NCBI GenBank assembly: GCA_005887945.1
Contig: VBOL01000043.1
Span: 1-54,083, forward strand
Reading direction: 5' to 3'
DNA: 54,083 nucleotides
Source of the DNA: Nitrospirota bacterium
GTDB lineage: Bacteria > Nitrospirota > Nitrospiria > Nitrospirales > Nitrospiraceae
Shown here: piece by piece, positions 27,155 through 35,872 of the stretch
Layout: each line of letters starts with the position of its first letter
Numbering within the stretch: position 1 is the stretch's first letter
Translations under genes and position numbers: made by a program
The notes under the pieces: model-generated
What the model saw: the letters and a program-made list of their open reading frames with translations, nothing else
What the model was told of the DNA's origin: nothing
Databases searched by the model: none

Positions 27155-27911
27155 TCAAGTTAATGCCCTGCTGGTTCAAAAGTTCGACTCTCGCCACATA
27201 CATGCGTCTTTAAATCATTTTTCTGCCGCTGTAGAGAAGTACGTTCTGCGCGATTGGGACGGAGTTTCGCTTAAAGCCGGAAAATTTGTCGAGTCGATTA
27301 CTAAAACTTTGATGGTTTTTTGCGGAAAAACCGTTGGCAACCCAAGGCAATTCAAGGCAGGCAATGAGCTTAGGCAGCTTGAGCATTTAAGCGCTGCTGC
27401 TTTCCCGGATGTCGTTCGGATTGTAATTCCCAAAGCTTGCATTTTTGTTTATGAGGTTGTCAATAATCGTGGAGGCAGACATGACGCTCATGATATCGAT
27501 GCCAACGAGATGGATGCGAAGGCAGTTGTCCCGATTATTTCATGGGTGCTCGCTGAAATGGTGCGCTTTTGCAGTACGGATGCCAATACAGAGACTGCTG
27601 CTGCTTTGATAGATGAACTTACAAATAAGAAATACCCGTTTTTTGAGAATGTAGACGGCCGTCCGTATGTGAACATTAAGGGGTTACGGCCTAGACAGGT
27701 TGCATTACTGCTTCTCTATTATCTGTATCCCAGCAGATTGAACCGCCAGGATCTTGTTGATGCGATTGCAAGACATGGAGTCTCCAGCAGTGCCGCGAAT
27801 ACTGCCGTTCATCGTTTGAAGCATGTAATAGACGATGATAACGGAGCTTGGAAGCTGAGAGGCATTGGCAGTCAGGAAGCAGACGAAACTCTAAAATCTC
27901 TCCACAACTGA
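27141..27911 (+). CDS. orphan protein P4: helical N-domain with HEPN-like R..H motif + C-terminal winged-helix-like module
   Basis: 256 aa. VVNNRGGRHDAHDIDANEMDA fits Rx4-6H loosely. C-terminus RPRQVALLLLYYLYPSRLNRQDLVDAIARHGVSSSAANTAVHRLKHVIDDDNGAWKLRGIG. Confidence 0.7.
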   Translation: MKGASQVNALLVQKFDSRHIHASLNHFSAAVEKYVLRDWDGVSLKAGKFVESITKTLMVFCGKTVGNPRQFKAGNELRQLEHLSAAAFPDVVRIVIPKACIFVYEVVNNRGGRHDAHDIDANEMDAKAVVPIISWVLAEMVRFCSTDANTETAAALIDELTNKKYPFFENVDGRPYVNIKGLRPRQVALLLLYYLYPSRLNRQDLVDAIARHGVSSSAANTAVHRLKHVIDDDNGAWKLRGIGSQEADETLKSLHN

Positions 27912-27913
27912 AA

Positions 27914-28067
27914 GAAAACGGCGTCAGGAAATATCTCACGGCGCCTGGCGGGGAGCTGGTGCATCTGGTTTCTTCGGTCTGTCTCGTGTGTGTGGTTCGA
28001 CGAACGAAATAGGCAAGACAGACCCGAGCACCAGATAGACTGCCTCTGAACCGCCCTCATCTCACAC
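27914..28067 (+). repeat. HHT repeat (head-hairpin-tail), followed by extended tail type 1 to about 28190
   Basis: gaaaacggcgtcaggaaatatctcacggcgcctggcgggg + GT/AC hairpin + ctgcctctgaaccgccc..ctcacac. Starts 3 nt after the P4 stop. Confidence 0.85.
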
Positions 28068-28212
28068 CACACTCCCCCATCGCTTCCGGAGTGATGGATA
28101 CATCTACGATTTTACAGTAGACTTGCCCACAACAGATTGTTAAGCCTGCCTTGTTAAGTTGCAGGGTTAGACACAGCAGACTTATTAATTAGCCACGTCG
28201 CGAACCATACCG

Positions 28213-29577
28213 GTGAGGCTTCGGATGCCGAAGATTGACCCTGAGACGTTCCGAGGGAAGCTCTACCTTCTGGCGGTCGACAAGCTCGTGATCGGCGCTC
28301 TGATGGCCATTGCATTCCTTCTCTATGATCGGTGGAAGACGCAAGAACTGCACAGCTACACTGACGCGCAGGAAGAAGTGCAGCTCGGGTTCAAGCGCGC
28401 GGAGTATATCAAACAGCTGGTCCCTATCGTCCTTGACAGTAAGCAAGACGTCCGGTACAGGGCGCATGCTTTTGGCGCCTTGGTGGAGACGAAGTCGATC
28501 GACGCGAACGCAGCCATCAACTTTGCTCAGAAGCTCTTGGACTCCAACGTTTTGGAGAGTGATGCGAGTGGGTTTGCGACGCCAACTGCGGAGGACTACT
28601 TCCTCAAAGTTATGCTCAAGACTATGCCTTTGGGTCTACCAGCGTTGCTCTATGAGTATCAACACATTCGTTATTCACGACCCACCAGCCATAGCCGAGT
28701 AGAACGTTCACCTCAGGACAACGTCGTAGTCTTCTGGAAAAGACCGTTTTGGGAGACGATACAAGGTTACGAAGACTCAAAGCTTCGCTACCAAGACTCA
28801 GAGCTTGAAGGAAAGTTGCTGGACTCAGACACATTCTTGTTCAAGAGTCTAGGTACCCTCCGCGATATCGTACTACCCATCACACGCGATGAGGCTGACA
28901 AGTTGGCGAGGCGCAAAGTAAAAGGTCTTCGGATCTTAGGCAGCATCGGTCTGCTTAACACCTCAAGTGACCCACGCGCGGTGACGCAGTTGATGACTGA
29001 AATCGACCCCACCAGTGAGGACCCGCGTGCTCTCGAAGTCGCCGCAATGATCATCCTTCTACTCCCCTACGACGACGATGGGTATGCGTGCACTGGCTTG
29101 AGCGATCGGCTCCTGGCAATCGTTTTGCGGCGCCAAGACTTGGCCTCGCGCCGCGAACACGTCGAGAATGAACGCATTCAGGTGCTAAACGCCGCAACGT
29201 CTTACCTCCTGCATTGTGCCAAATTTCAGAGGGTTGCAGAACGGCTCGAACCCACCATTCTCCCCGTCGTCCAAGAGTTCTCCGAGCGCTTGAAGCGGAC
29301 GCCGCCAGGTTCACGGGTTGCGTCGAACTATCCCGTGGGCGGACAATCCACGGTCGAGGACGCACTCATCCTATTTCTCGTGCGGGCGAATCGCGCCCCG
29401 AATCCATCCCAAGGTTCGAAGACCGAAGGTCTGCTTTCGGTGATATTCTCCTTGCCTGAGGAGAGGCTAGCGCAACAGAGTAGTATCTTGCAGGATCTCG
29501 CCCAAGAATGGAAATCCGAACGGATTAGTGGTGCAACTGGAACGCGGCCTAACCAAGGAATGCAGCCGATGCGCTGA
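28213..29577 (+). CDS. hypothetical protein, N-terminal TM helix + long all-helical (HEAT/ARM-like?) region
   Basis: 454 aa ORF. TM LYLLAVDKLVIGALMAIAFLLY. No family recognised. Confidence 0.65.
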   Translation: MRLRMPKIDPETFRGKLYLLAVDKLVIGALMAIAFLLYDRWKTQELHSYTDAQEEVQLGFKRAEYIKQLVPIVLDSKQDVRYRAHAFGALVETKSIDANAAINFAQKLLDSNVLESDASGFATPTAEDYFLKVMLKTMPLGLPALLYEYQHIRYSRPTSHSRVERSPQDNVVVFWKRPFWETIQGYEDSKLRYQDSELEGKLLDSDTFLFKSLGTLRDIVLPITRDEADKLARRKVKGLRILGSIGLLNTSSDPRAVTQLMTEIDPTSEDPRALEVAAMIILLLPYDDDGYACTGLSDRLLAIVLRRQDLASRREHVENERIQVLNAATSYLLHCAKFQRVAERLEPTILPVVQEFSERLKRTPPGSRVASNYPVGGQSTVEDALILFLVRANRAPNPSQGSKTEGLLSVIFSLPEERLAQQSSILQDLAQEWKSERISGATGTRPNQGMQPMR

Positions 29578-29630
29578 GTATGAAAAAAACTTTGCGAGCA
29601 GGCATAGTATTGACTTATGAAGACCACTGG

Positions 29631-29663
29631 GAAATAAAGAAACCATTTCGCGGCGCGTGGCGG
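29631..29663 (+). repeat. solo HHT head
   Basis: gaaataaagaaaccatttcgcggcgcgtggcgg with no hairpin after it. Confidence 0.7.
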
Positions 29664-29725
29664 ATATCATTTGAAGAGGCTGACACCGGCTGTCCAGGCT
29701 GGTATACTTGCGAGCAAGGTGGTCC

Positions 29726-29926
29726 ATGAGCAAAGTCGAAGCAATCGAACAGCAGATTGAGAAGCTTTCTCCCGCAGAACTTACGGCGTTCCGTTCCTGG
29801 TACGCTGCGTTCGATGCCGAGGCCTGGGATCGCCAGTTTGAGGCCGATGTCCAGGCGGGCAAACTCGATGCGATGGCTGACAAGGCGCTGCGTGGCCACA
29901 CCTCCGGCCAGTCCACGAAGCTTTGA
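29726..29926 (+). CDS. putative antitoxin (small helical protein)
   Basis: MSKVEAIEQQIEKLSPAELTAFRSWYAAFDAEAWDRQFEADVQAGKLD. AAGGTGG RBS. 4-nt overlap with the next gene. Confidence 0.6.
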   Translation: MSKVEAIEQQIEKLSPAELTAFRSWYAAFDAEAWDRQFEADVQAGKLDAMADKALRGHTSGQSTKL

Positions 29927-30177
29927 TTCATCATGCCTCACCAGAGTTTTGGTCCTGCTACAATGCCCTCCCCGCTCCAATCCGTGAACAGGCCGACAAA
30001 GCTTTTGCACTCCTGAAGGCGACCCCGCAACATCCGTCCTTGCATTTCAAAAAGGTAGGGCGATACTACTCCGCCCGTGTGAGCCTCAATTATCGAGCGG
30101 TGGGAGTTGAAGCCACGGACGGAATCGTGTGGTTCTGGATTGGCACACACGCAGACTACGACAAGTTAATTCGCTAG
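29923..30177 (+). CDS. putative ParE/RelE-like toxin
   Basis: 84 aa. HPSLHFKKVGRYYSARVSLNYRAVGVEATDGIVWFWIGTHADYDKLI pattern recalled from TA-type pairs. TTG start. Confidence 0.6.
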   Translation: MIHHASPEFWSCYNALPAPIREQADKAFALLKATPQHPSLHFKKVGRYYSARVSLNYRAVGVEATDGIVWFWIGTHADYDKLIR

Positions 30178-30314
30178 CCCATTTCCGGCGCGTGGCGGAG
30201 ATCTGGTTCATCTGGTTTCTTCGGTCTGTCTCGTTTGTGTGGTTCGACGAACGAGCGAGACAGGACAGACCCGCGCCCCAGATAGACTGCCTCTGAATCG
30301 CCCTCTCCTCACAC
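30178..30314 (+). repeat. HHT repeat (head 5-prime-truncated; begins directly after the toxin stop codon)
   Basis: cccatttccggcgcgtggcggagatctggttcatctggt...ccagatagactgcctctgaatcgccctctcctcacac. Confidence 0.85.
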
Positions 30315-30422
30315 AAGACTGCTACATCGTACGTTTACACTCTGCTCTTGTCCATAGTGCTAGGCAGCTCATTGCCGGTCTGGCGGAATGTTTGATCTGG
30401 GCGTTGCCCCTGCCTGGCTGAC

Positions 30423-31175
30423 TTACTTCCGAGGCATGGAGCTGAGCCAGCCTTCGAAACCCGTCGGGCCGATTCGCGCGTTCTTGCCGGGGGTGAGCGA
30501 TTGATCGTTCACCTCTATGCCGAAGTAGCGTGCGTGGGCATCCGTGACCACCTCGCGTGGATCATGGGTTGCGGTCAAGAATCGTCCGACGAGTTTGTCG
30601 AGAGGTACCCGATCAGGACCGGCTATCTCGATCGTGCCGTTCACCGGCGGCCCGACTGCGACGTCGGCCATTGCGGCAGCCACGTCATCGGACCCGATGG
30701 GCTGCGCAAGGGCGGGTGGCAGGTGAACCGTTTGCCCGACGGTGCTGAATTGGGCGATGGCGCCCACGAATTCGTAGAACTGCGTTGACTGGACGATCGT
30801 ATAGGGAATCTTTGAGGCCTTGATCAGATTTTCCTGGGCCATCTTCGCGCGGAAGTAACCACTCTCGAGAAGGCGGTCGGTGCCGACGACCGACAGCGCG
30901 ACGTGATGCCTCACGCCAGCGGCTTTTTCTGCAGCAAGGAGGTTACGGCCTGACGTCTCGAAGAATTTCAACACGGCCTTGTCCTCCCACGAAGGCGCGT
31001 TCGCCACATCGACGACAACCTGAGCGCCGGCGAGCGCTTCAGTCAGCCCCTCACCGGTGATGGTGTTGACGCCCGATTTAGGTGACGCCGCCACCACTTC
31101 ATGCCCTTGCTTGCGCAGCCTGTTCACGAGTTTTGTCCCAATAAGCCCGCTGCCGCCAATCACAACGATCTTCAT
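30423..31175 (-). CDS. NmrA-like / SDR-family NAD(P)-binding oxidoreductase
   Basis: MKIVVIGGSGLIGTKLVNRLRKQGHEVVA Rossmann N-terminus. 250 aa. Confidence 0.85.
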   Translation of the reverse strand: MKIVVIGGSGLIGTKLVNRLRKQGHEVVAASPKSGVNTITGEGLTEALAGAQVVVDVANAPSWEDKAVLKFFETSGRNLLAAEKAAGVRHHVALSVVGTDRLLESGYFRAKMAQENLIKASKIPYTIVQSTQFYEFVGAIAQFSTVGQTVHLPPALAQPIGSDDVAAAMADVAVGPPVNGTIEIAGPDRVPLDKLVGRFLTATHDPREVVTDAHARYFGIEVNDQSLTPGKNARIGPTGFEGWLSSMPRK

Positions 31176-31287
31176 AAATTATCCTTTCGTTTGTCGCCCG
31201 TAACCGGGCGAGTACCGCCCGAGATCATCTTCGGAGCGGTAGTGAACTGCCGCTCACGCTCAAGCTCGCTTATCGGTCATTCCGCAG

Positions 31288-31722
31288 TCACTTCACTGGC
31301 ACTACTACTGGAGCGCCCTTGTCTTTGACCAGAACCACAAGGAATTTTGCCGGCGCGGTAGTGCTTGCGTTCCGGCTCACGACATGAACATCGTTGGGGC
31401 TTTCATAGTAGGTCTGTCCTGGTGTAAGAGTGACTTCTTTTCCGCCCTTCACCTGCATCACGATGGAGCCCTCCAGCACGTAGACAAATGCATGTGCATT
31501 GTGACGATGGATCGGGCTCGACCCGCCGGGCGCATACTCTACGGTGATCATCAGGCCTTCCTTGCCGGAGATGTCTGTCAGAACTTCCGACATGAGCGGC
31601 GTGACCTTACCCTCCTGAGCCATCAGCGTGCCGGATAGGAGACAGAGACCGACAGTCAGGAGCAGGGTTACTCCGAGATACTGAACTCTCATGGACCGAC
31701 GATGGGTGGCTTGCTTCATCAT
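31288..31722 (-). CDS. secreted cupin-domain protein
   Basis: Start at MMKQATHRR (GGAGG RBS). Signal peptide ...SGTLMAQ. Cupin motif GGSSPIHRHNAHAFVYVLEG. Confidence 0.8.
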   Translation of the reverse strand: MMKQATHRRSMRVQYLGVTLLLTVGLCLLSGTLMAQEGKVTPLMSEVLTDISGKEGLMITVEYAPGGSSPIHRHNAHAFVYVLEGSIVMQVKGGKEVTLTPGQTYYESPNDVHVVSRNASTTAPAKFLVVLVKDKGAPVVVPVK

Positions 31723-31851
31723 AGCGCCTCCTTCTCGGTATTGATGAATATGTGGTGGACGAGGAACAAGAATCGGAGACCAATGCGATCTGAGTCTGCT
31801 ACTCAGGTTTTGATGGTACGCTCCCCCAATACTGTGGTCAATCGAGCAACT

Positions 31852-31952
31852 GGGCAAGTCCTGCAATCCAAAATTTCGGCACAAAACGGGGACAGGCTAC
31901 TTTTCCGGAAAGAAAACGGTGTCAGGAACCATTTCGCGGTACGTGGCGGGCC
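31852..31952 (+). repeat. three tandem HHT head variants, no hairpin
   Basis: gggcaagtcctgcaatccaaaatttcggc / aaaacggggacaggctacttttccgg / aaagaaaacggtgtcaggaaccatttcgcggtacgtggcgggcc. Confidence 0.7.
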
Positions 31953-32045
31953 GGTTTCGTCCAATATACTAGGACATTTCCTTTACTTAGGGCTTGCTGC
32001 GACGTCTCTACTGAGCCTACAATATATCCCCTAGGAGTCAGGCCA

Positions 32046-32381
32046 ATGCGCTACAGTCGCTTTGTCAGGCGCATCGCCATCACGGGGGAAGCCTCTGTCA
32101 GGTTGTTTTCGACTGAGGACTCCGACGACGGAACCTTACTTGATGTTTCACGTAAGGGGGCCCGGCTCTGTATCAATCGCTTGTTTCGGCCTGGCCAGAA
32201 GCTCATGCTCATGCTGGATCTTCCCTGGGACGAGCCGCCCGTGGAAGTGCGTCTCGCTACGGTCAAGTGGGTGCACGAAGGCACTGTCGGCGTTGAATTT
32301 CTCAAAGTCGAAAACGACGATCGTGTCTCGCTCGACGTCTTTCTCGCCTCTCGATCTAAACTACCAGCGGGGGAGACATAA
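32046..32381 (+). CDS. PilZ domain protein
   Basis: RYSRFVRR (RxxxR) and DVSRKG (D/NxSxxG) c-di-GMP-binding motifs. 111 aa. Confidence 0.8.
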   Translation: MRYSRFVRRIAITGEASVRLFSTEDSDDGTLLDVSRKGARLCINRLFRPGQKLMLMLDLPWDEPPVEVRLATVKWVHEGTVGVEFLKVENDDRVSLDVFLASRSKLPAGET

Positions 32382-32460
32382 AGGTGTCGGAAACCGTTTC
32401 GGGGCGCGTGATGGGGGAAAGAAAACGGGGACATTCTGAATTTTGCGGCGCGTGGCGGGC
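32382..32460 (+). repeat. two tandem HHT heads starting at the PilZ stop codon
   Basis: aaggtgtcggaaaccgtttcggggcgcgtgatggggg / aaagaaaacggggacattctgaattttgcggcgcgtggcgggc. Confidence 0.7.
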
Positions 32461-32487
32461 CACTCACTTTCCAGCGCACTGAAGCGA

Positions 32488-33279
32488 TTACGCCAGGCCG
32501 CGTGGCAGCAACATGGCCAAATGCGATGATTGCTGCTGGTAATATTTCTTGAATTTGAGATCCCCAGCGGCTTCTGGGTCAAGAATCACGACGGCATTTG
32601 GATGCAATTGAATGGAAGAGGCGGGAATTGCCGCAGTTAATGGTCCTTCTACGGCTTTGGCGATAGCCTTTGCCTTTTCTTTACCGAATGCCAGCATCAA
32701 CAGAGCCCGAGCCTCGGCAATCGTACCGAGACCTATAGTTACGGCCCATTCAGGCACCGCTGTTTCATTGAAAGTCGGGGAAAGTGTTTCTCTTGTCTCA
32801 GCGCTCAGCAGGCTCACCCTTGTGCGAGATCTGAAACTTGACATTGGTTCATTGAATGCCAGATGGCCATTGATCCCGATGCCAAGCAACTGAACATCGA
32901 TACCGCCGCGATCATGAATCAGCCGCTCATAGGAGTGACAATAAGAGACCATGTCTCCTGGAGGCTCTCCCGTTAACAGATGGATATGAGCAGGATCAGC
33001 ATTAATATGTCGGAACAAATGTTGATGAAAGAAGGCGTCATAACTTTTCGAGCTCGTGGAGGGTAGCCCAAGGAATTCATCAAGACTGAAGAACTCCACG
33101 CCCGAGAAATCAAGATGCGTCGATCGGTGCAGATCTACCAAGCTCTGATAGACACCAATTGGTGTATTGCCTGCAGCTAACCCGATTCGTAAGGTCGGAT
33201 TCTTCTTGATCGACTGACCGAGCAGGGACGCAGCTGTTCGATGACCCTGCTCAATCGTCTCGGTGATCACTACGAGCAT
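32488..33279 (-). CDS. nagB: glucosamine-6-phosphate deaminase / 6-phosphogluconolactonase family
   Basis: 263 aa. GLAAGNTPIGVY and LGIGINGHLAFNEP signatures. Confidence 0.8.
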   Translation of the reverse strand: MLVVITETIEQGHRTAASLLGQSIKKNPTLRIGLAAGNTPIGVYQSLVDLHRSTHLDFSGVEFFSLDEFLGLPSTSSKSYDAFFHQHLFRHINADPAHIHLLTGEPPGDMVSYCHSYERLIHDRGGIDVQLLGIGINGHLAFNEPMSSFRSRTRVSLLSAETRETLSPTFNETAVPEWAVTIGLGTIAEARALLMLAFGKEKAKAIAKAVEGPLTAAIPASSIQLHPNAVVILDPEAAGDLKFKKYYQQQSSHLAMLLPRGLA

Positions 33280-33427
33280 TAGAGAGCTCCTCGAAAAGAC
33301 GAACCCACCATCGCCTATTCAGCGATCAATTATAATATGGTCTGAATTTCGCTGAACAATCTAACTGACTTTACGCAAATCTTCGACAGCGAGGGCTGTC
33401 AGACCCTCTTTAGTTTCGAACATCCAA

Positions 33428-33504
33428 GAAGGGGTCAGGTCTTGCAATCCAACATTTCGCAATTTGCGGAACGGTGTCAGGCCCCCATGTCCCGGCGCGT
33501 TACG
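33428..33504 (+). repeat. two degenerate tandem HHT heads
   Basis: gaaggggtcaggtcttgcaatccaacatttcgcaatttgcgg / aacggtgtcaggcccccatgtcccggcgcgttacg. Confidence 0.6.
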
Positions 33505-33564
33505 AATCGGCTCCCATTCACTATTCGGTACCCGCCAGAACCTAGGCTGCACCTTTGAGAAGCC

Positions 33565-33721
33565 AAAGGTGCCAGGAACCATTTCGCGGCGCGGGGCGGG
33601 GAGCTGGTCTATCTGGTTTCTTTGGTCTGTCACGTTTGTTTGGTTCGAAGAACGAGAGAGACAAGACAGACCCGCGCTTTAGATAGACTGCATCTGAATC
33701 TCCCCTCCCCTCCCCTCACAC
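33565..33721 (+). repeat. HHT repeat, followed by extended tail type 1 to about 33850
   Basis: aaaggtgccaggaaccatttcgcggcgcggggcgggg + hairpin + tail. Tail 1: agagtgatggatacgtctccgactttgcaatagacttgcccacaacggattgctgagactgcc. Confidence 0.85.
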
Positions 33722-33904
33722 TAGGCTCCCACGTCCTCTACAGAGTGATGGATACGTCTCCGACTTTGCAATAGACTTGCCCACAACGGATTGCTGAGAC
33801 TGCCTTGCTATGCTGTATGGGTAACCCGCAGCAGATTTATTAGTGAAGCGGCAGTGCGCCGCTAATCTTACGATGGGCCACGTTATGGCAAAAGGAGAAG
33901 CACC

Positions 33905-34051
33905 ATGCTCGAGACCATTGCAATCGTCATGGTTGTCCTCTGGCTTCTGGGTATTGTCACCTCGAACACCATGGGCGGATTCATTCATGCCCTCTTGGTC
34001 ATCGCGGTCGTGGTAATTTTTGTTCGTGTCATTCGAGGTCGACGCATATAA
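33905..34051 (+). CDS. lmo0937-family small membrane protein (48 aa)
   Basis: Not in the ORF track (<60 aa). Own translation: MLETIAIVMVVLWLLGIVTSNTMGGFIHALLVIAVVVIFVRVIRGRRI. AAGGAG RBS. Confidence 0.7.
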   Translation: MLETIAIVMVVLWLLGIVTSNTMGGFIHALLVIAVVVIFVRVIRGRRI

Positions 34052-34064
34052 GGACCATTGAAAT

Positions 34065-34278
34065 GAAAAGATGTCAGGAACCCATTTCGCGGCGTGTGGC
34101 GGGGATCTGGTCTATCTGGTCTATCAGGTCTGTCTGGTCTGTCTCGTTTGTTTGGTTCGACGAACGAGAGAGGCAAGCCAGACCCGCGCACCAGTTAGAC
34201 CGCCTCTGAATCGCTCCCTCCTCCCCTCACACAGCGATAGACCTGGTCGCCTCACGAAGTAGGATGTCCCGGTTTCTC
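34065..34278 (+). repeat. full-length HHT element with tail type 2 and an inverted terminal motif
   Basis: Head gaaaagatgtcaggaacccatttcgcggcgtgtggcgggg. The end aggatgtcccggtttctc is an approximate inverted repeat of the head start gaaaacgg(t/g)g(t/a)c. Confidence 0.8.
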
Positions 34279-34299
34279 AGGCTCAGTTGAGAAAGCCCT

Positions 34300-34614
34300 T
34301 CAGGTTCCCTTCATGGCGTGTGTGCCGTGGGTGATTGCCGCACCCGCGCGCAACGCCGCAGCGACGAGTACGGATTCGGCGATCTCCGGTTCCGAAGCGC
34401 CTATCTCTCGCGCCTTGTTCGAGTGGATCTCGATGCAATACGGGCACTGTGTAGTAAACGCGACTGCGAGTGCCATCAGCTCTTTATACTTTCCCGGAAT
34501 AGCTCCTCCAGCCAAGGCTGCCTTGTCGAAGGCCACAAACGCTTTCATCGCCTCGGGCGCATGAGCCTCTAGATTCTTCATCTTGCTAAGATTCTTCATA
34601 TTGTACATGACCAC
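34300..34614 (-). CDS. carboxymuconolactone decarboxylase (AhpD-like) family protein
   Basis: 104 aa. CPYCIEIH CxxC motif in the AhpD-like helix context. Confidence 0.85.
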   Translation of the reverse strand: MVMYNMKNLSKMKNLEAHAPEAMKAFVAFDKAALAGGAIPGKYKELMALAVAFTTQCPYCIEIHSNKAREIGASEPEIAESVLVAAALRAGAAITHGTHAMKGT

Positions 34615-34673
34615 CTCCTGATGATAGTCGGTTGTTGAACGAGATTTGTCATGCCATTCCTCCTATGGACAGT

Positions 34674-34905
34674 TCAAGCTCGAATGCCAATCACTTCCAG
34701 ATATTCGGCGAAGACCGTGGTGCAGTCCATCCCCGCGCGATTGTGAGAAGACCATAGGCCATCGAGTTCCTGGCGAAGACTCTCACTGCCGCCGATGTCA
34801 AAGGATGCAAGCGCCTGATTGGTTGGTCCGTAGTAGAGGCGGAAGAACTCCACCACCTCCGAGGGAAGAAAGGGATAACTGACCGCATAGTGGCGCATGA
34901 CCAGG
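34674..34905 (-). pseudogene. C-terminal fragment (about 75 aa) of a SAM-dependent methyltransferase
   Basis: SEVVEFFRLYYGPTNQALASFD...EYLEVIGIRA matches recalled C-termini of about 260-aa methyltransferases. The 5-prime part is missing, cut at the repeat boundary at about 34904. Confidence 0.45.
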
Positions 34906-35488
34906 AACAAAAAGGGGACAAGCTACTTTTCTGGAGTTCAGTCGCATGGGCGCAAGGTGGACAAGATATCGGAAACCGATGCGATCTGGGCCTGCCACTC
35001 TGGTGAGCCAATCGCACGTGAGGAGCGGCACGCACTGGTTATCGTCCACTCGCTGACAACGAATCCCTACTGCGCATAATTCTCGACGACCTGCAGCGTG
35101 CGAACTTGCGCCTCGTCTGGGTCAAGCCCGACATCGCGAAGGGCACGTCGCTGGCGCATGAGGTCCCAGCACTGATCCAGTTCGACCTGGACTTGCGCGA
35201 GCCGCTTACGATCGGCTTGTACGATCGGCTTGGTGGAGTGCCCTCTGCTCGTACAATCGGTGTTCCTCTGCGACAAGGTGCTGAATATGATTGAGGACCG
35301 GCTGATCTTCGCCTTGATTCTCCACGAGAGCCTCCTCCAACGCGGATGTGATCGGAACGGTCAGGCTTAGATGTTACGCCCACCCGAAACCGCGGTCAAC
35401 CGATGCTCTGGCCAACATGATGACCCCGGCGTAGGTTGCCAGAAGAAAGAGAATGTGCCCGAAACTATTTCGCGGCGCGTGGCAGGCC
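34904..35488 (+). repeat. segmental duplicate 1 of the DUF2630 cassette (alt head ... solo head)
   Basis: Aligns by eye end to end with 38501-39080. Starts ggaacaaaaaggggacaagctacttttctggag and ends gaatgtgcccgaaactatttcgcggcgcgtggcaggcc. Confidence 0.8.
35067..35325 (-). pseudogene. DUF2630-family gene inactivated by a 13-bp tandem duplication
   Basis: VENQGEDQPVLNHIQHLVAEEHRLYEQRALHQADRTSRS-stop. + strand cttACGATCGGCTTGTACGATCGGCTTGg versus a single copy in the paralog. The downstream frame matches the DUF2630 C-terminus. Confidence 0.75.
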
Positions 35489-35638
35489 GGCTTGCCTGTC
35501 CAGGGCCCAGCCGAGGATTCGTCGCCGCCCTCACCCCTTGCCCTCATTCGACGCACTAAAGACTTGGACCCGCCAGGCCCAAAGTCATAGAATGCCCCTG
35601 TCTCTGTTTGAAATGTTTTTCTCGGGAACCGGACAGCG

Positions 35639-35872
35639 CTAGCGACGAAGCAGGCCGCCGATCGAGATTCGATATTCACAGGGGCGCACGGGAGTCAACG
35701 AGACCTTTCCAATCCGGCTGAGACGGTCCATTGACATGAACACCTGCGCCCAGCCGATCCCCGTCAGTGTGCTGAGGTCTTCCATGGATTGTGCGCCCTT
35801 TTTCTTGAGCACACCGAGCATTCTTCGATCGAACGTTTGCGAAGTGGTGGGTGGTTGGCTGTGAGTTGTCAT
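35639..35872 (-). CDS. small winged-helix-like protein (77 aa, hypothetical)
   Basis: Start at MTTHSQPP with a GGAGGGG RBS. RMLGVLKKKGAQSMEDLSTLTGIGWAQVFMSMDRLSRIGKVSL. Confidence 0.55.
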   Translation of the reverse strand: MTTHSQPPTTSQTFDRRMLGVLKKKGAQSMEDLSTLTGIGWAQVFMSMDRLSRIGKVSLTPVRPCEYRISIGGLLRR

